From: Halocafeteria seosinensis
Taxonomy: Eukaryota
DNA: 64,000 nt
Assembly (NCBI GenBank): GCA_001687465.1
Contig: LVLI01000035.1
Coordinates: 1-64,000 of the forward strand
Direction: 5' to 3'
The notes below the pieces were generated by a model that was not told where the DNA came from, ran no database searches, and saw only the letters and a list, made by a program, of their open reading frames with translations. Of this stretch, positions 61,256 to 64,000 are shown in pieces. The position numbers were made by a program, and so were the translations under genes. Within the stretch, counting starts at the first letter, position 1. Each line of letters begins with the position of its first letter.

Positions 61256-64000
61256 ATGGTGGGAATCGGGGAAGATAAATTCGCTGAGAAGGCGTCCATA
61301 GTGCAGCTGGCTAAGGAGGCAGCCGGGGCTGCTCCGAAATCGAGGAAAGGTTCTTCCAAGAGTGGGAAAAATGAATCAAAACAGCAGAAAGCGACAGATA
61401 TTCACAAGAATGAAAAAACTACAAGGACTAGGAAATACAAGACATCTGAGGTTCAAACGCCGCAACAGCAACCGCAGAAGAAACACCAAGGAAAAAGTGA
61501 AATCCCGATGAATGGAAATCGCTCGTCCCAGCCGTCCAAAAAAAAGAGTGCATCTGATGAGAAACCCTCCACGAATGGAGCTGTTAAACCAGGCTCAGGA
61601 ATTCTTGGGACAGAAAGTGAAGGGGCGTGGTACGAAGCAGTCCCATCTCTCGAGGAGTATGCCGAGTCTACACAAAAGGATCAGCTCCCGGTCAAAGGAA
61701 AACGGGCTCAAACTGGCAAGGTGAATGACGAAGTTGCAATGAACAAGCGCAAAAAGGCTGAAAAACTGTTGGCGACAGAAGTAGAATCCTGGCAAGAGAA
61801 GAAAAAGCAGAGCGCTGTTAGCGAAGACAAATGGCTGCAGCAAGTTTTGAAGGATGGAACGCTGTCAGATCGCGTTGCGGCAATGACGTTGATGGTACAG
61901 CAGTCCCCATTGCACAATTTGGAGCACCTCACGACTCTAATAGACATGTCTTCGAAGAAGGGCAGAAGGGAAAGAGAAATGACTGTGGAAAGCATTAAGG
62001 ATTTGTTTTCGACAAATTTATTGCCAAAGCATAGGAAATTAATTCCCTTTGAACGGCAACCGTTGACGCATGAACAAACGACGTCCACGCACCTCGTATA
62101 CTGGCTGTTTGAGGATTACTTAAAGCAGAAATATGCCCAGTTTATTTCAACTCTTGAATCTGCAAGTCATGACTCCATGCGACATTTTCGAACTCTTGCT
62201 GTGCGCTCGGTTTATGAACTATTGCTAGAGTTTCCTGAACAGGAGGCTGCGTTGCTTACGCTCCTAGTTAATAAACTCGGAGACGCCGATAGGAAGATTG
62301 CATCAAAGGCGACGTTTCTCCTTCAGCAACTCGTTCAAAAGCATCAAGCGATGAAACCAATTGTTGTTCGAGAAGTTCAGCAATTTCTTGTTCGACCTTC
62401 TGTGAGCCAAAAAGCAAGGTATTACGCGATCTTGTTCTTAAGTCAGCTCCCTCTCGTCAGAGGATGGACTTCGCTTGCTGATCAACTAGTTACTGTATAT
62501 TTCAGTATGTTTGAACGGTGTGTGAAGTACAATGAAGTCAACTCCAGAGTAATGTCTGCCCTGTTGACAGGAGTGAATAGGGCATTCCCATACACGTCTG
62601 CCGCGAATCCTGAGGCAGCTGGAGAGGAACGGAAGATGAAAGAGAGATCGACTAAGGATGCCACCGTTGCCGCAAAGGTCAAAGCACTGGATGCGACTAC
62701 GATGGGAGGCTTCGAGTTAAACATTGTGGAAACGCTGGAGACGAAAGCCGACACGTTGTTCAAGATCGCGCACGAGGCTAATTTCAATACTTCTGTACAA
62801 GCGTTGACGCTCATATTTCAGGTTGCCACGGCTAGGGAAAGTTTTCGTGACAGATTTTACACGGCTTTGTACTCAACGTTATTCAGGCAAGATCTTCCAT
62901 ATACGAACAAACATCATCTGTTTTTGAATCTGGTGTACCGCGCTCTTCGGGATGATAAGGATGAGCATCGGGTAGCTACGCTGGTGAAGCGACTTCTTCA
63001 AGTAGCAACATATATGTCTGCGTCATTTGCAGCTGCCGTCTTGTATTTGGTGTCAGACCTTGCTCCTAACAAGCAGCAACTACAATCGTTGGTTTGCAGT
63101 ACAGAGAGTGCTCTGCCAGCCTATTGTAGTGCAGAAGGAGAAATCACTTCTATTGAGAAAGGGAAACGGTGGGCTCGGGATGTACCCGAAGATGAAGGTG
63201 CTCATGCTCCAGCAAGAGATGGTATTGAGACAAAAACAGGTGATAGCAATCAGGGGGGTGAGGATAGTGACAATGAAAGTAATGAATCGGCGGAGGCAGG
63301 AGTTCAACCAGCTCAGAGTGACGATATCATAAACCCGACGGAAACATACAACTACATGGAGCTAGCGGATACAATTTTAAAAAGCGCGTTTAGTGAGAAG
63401 ACTTTGACGTCATCAGGAGTGGTCGATTTTGACGAGTTGCAGGACGGTCAAGGTGAAGGCACTGGGGAATATTCATTGAAAGAGGAGTCCACAGAGACTC
63501 GCCTTAATGGTCATCAGGCGAAAGAAGATTGGTTAAGATACGACGCACATAAGCGTAATCCAAAGTTTTCTAACGTTCGATCTACGTGTATGTGGGAACT
63601 GGTAAGTTAACTCTGTGGAAGGTAATGTGAGTTATCTGTGCTGTAGTTTTGCTCTGCGTTCAGGCGGCGTTGGCGGCCCATTACCATCCTTCGGTTCGAC
63701 GGTTCGCTACAGCTCTGATGAAGAGCTACAGTAGAAGAATTACTTACCATGGTGATCCTCTTGCGGATTTTACATTGTTGGCGTTCTTGGATAGGTAAGC
63801 GATGGTGATTCCTCCGGTTCTGTGGTGGCATTTACTCGGGGGACTTTTGTTTCAGGTTTGTGTACAAGAACCCAAAGCAGAAATACTTGAGAGTCAAAGA
63901 AAAGGAAAGTGCAGGGGAAACCGAAGAGCTTGCTGAAGGGTTTGCTGAGGTAGAAGGGAGAAAAGAGCAATATAAGAAGCTCCAGCAAGGGATGATGAAG
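61256..64000 (+). CDS. CEBPZ: Ribosome biogenesis factor NOC1/MAK21/CEBPZ (3' end beyond the window)
   Basis: [55 protein letters not shown] and, after introns, HYHPSV, GDPLADF and FVYKNPK. Confidence 0.95.

Noticed and set aside
1760..64000. Many broken or frameshifted ORFs suggesting pseudogenes or an alternative genetic code
   Set aside because: In every case I worked through, canonical short GT-AG introns restore the frame.

Overview
Gene-dense nuclear DNA from a compact eukaryotic genome, probably a flagellated protist (inferred from short GT-AG introns, mostly about 40-110 nt, very small intergenic gaps and centriole-type genes). About 27 protein-coding genes can be reconstructed by eye. 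They include an SMS/IPC-synthase-like enzyme, an E2, a METTL21-type methyltransferase, a chalcone-isomerase-fold protein, DNAJC17, COX17, a MIS18BP1-like SANT protein, a CUE-Smr nuclease, a CEP83-like protein, ATG5, PSMB4, MIOS, SNU13, a COMMD protein, an ankyrin-RBR E3 ligase, a PH protein, FARS2, a CAMKL kinase and NOC1/CEBPZ. I found no tRNA, rRNA, CRISPR array or recognisable transposase. The most unusual features are (i) a perfect inverted repeat of at least 139 bp at the window start that encloses an inverted coding exon (fold-back chimera or invertible segment), (ii) an 18-bp 100%-GC hairpin inside an AT-rich island, (iii) a C2-like/ANK/RBR ligase with a SPRY-like insert, and (iv) divergent MIOS and MIS18BP1 homologues. 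All family calls come from remembered motifs, not database searches, and exon structures are manual predictions. I could not support a new multi-gene system.
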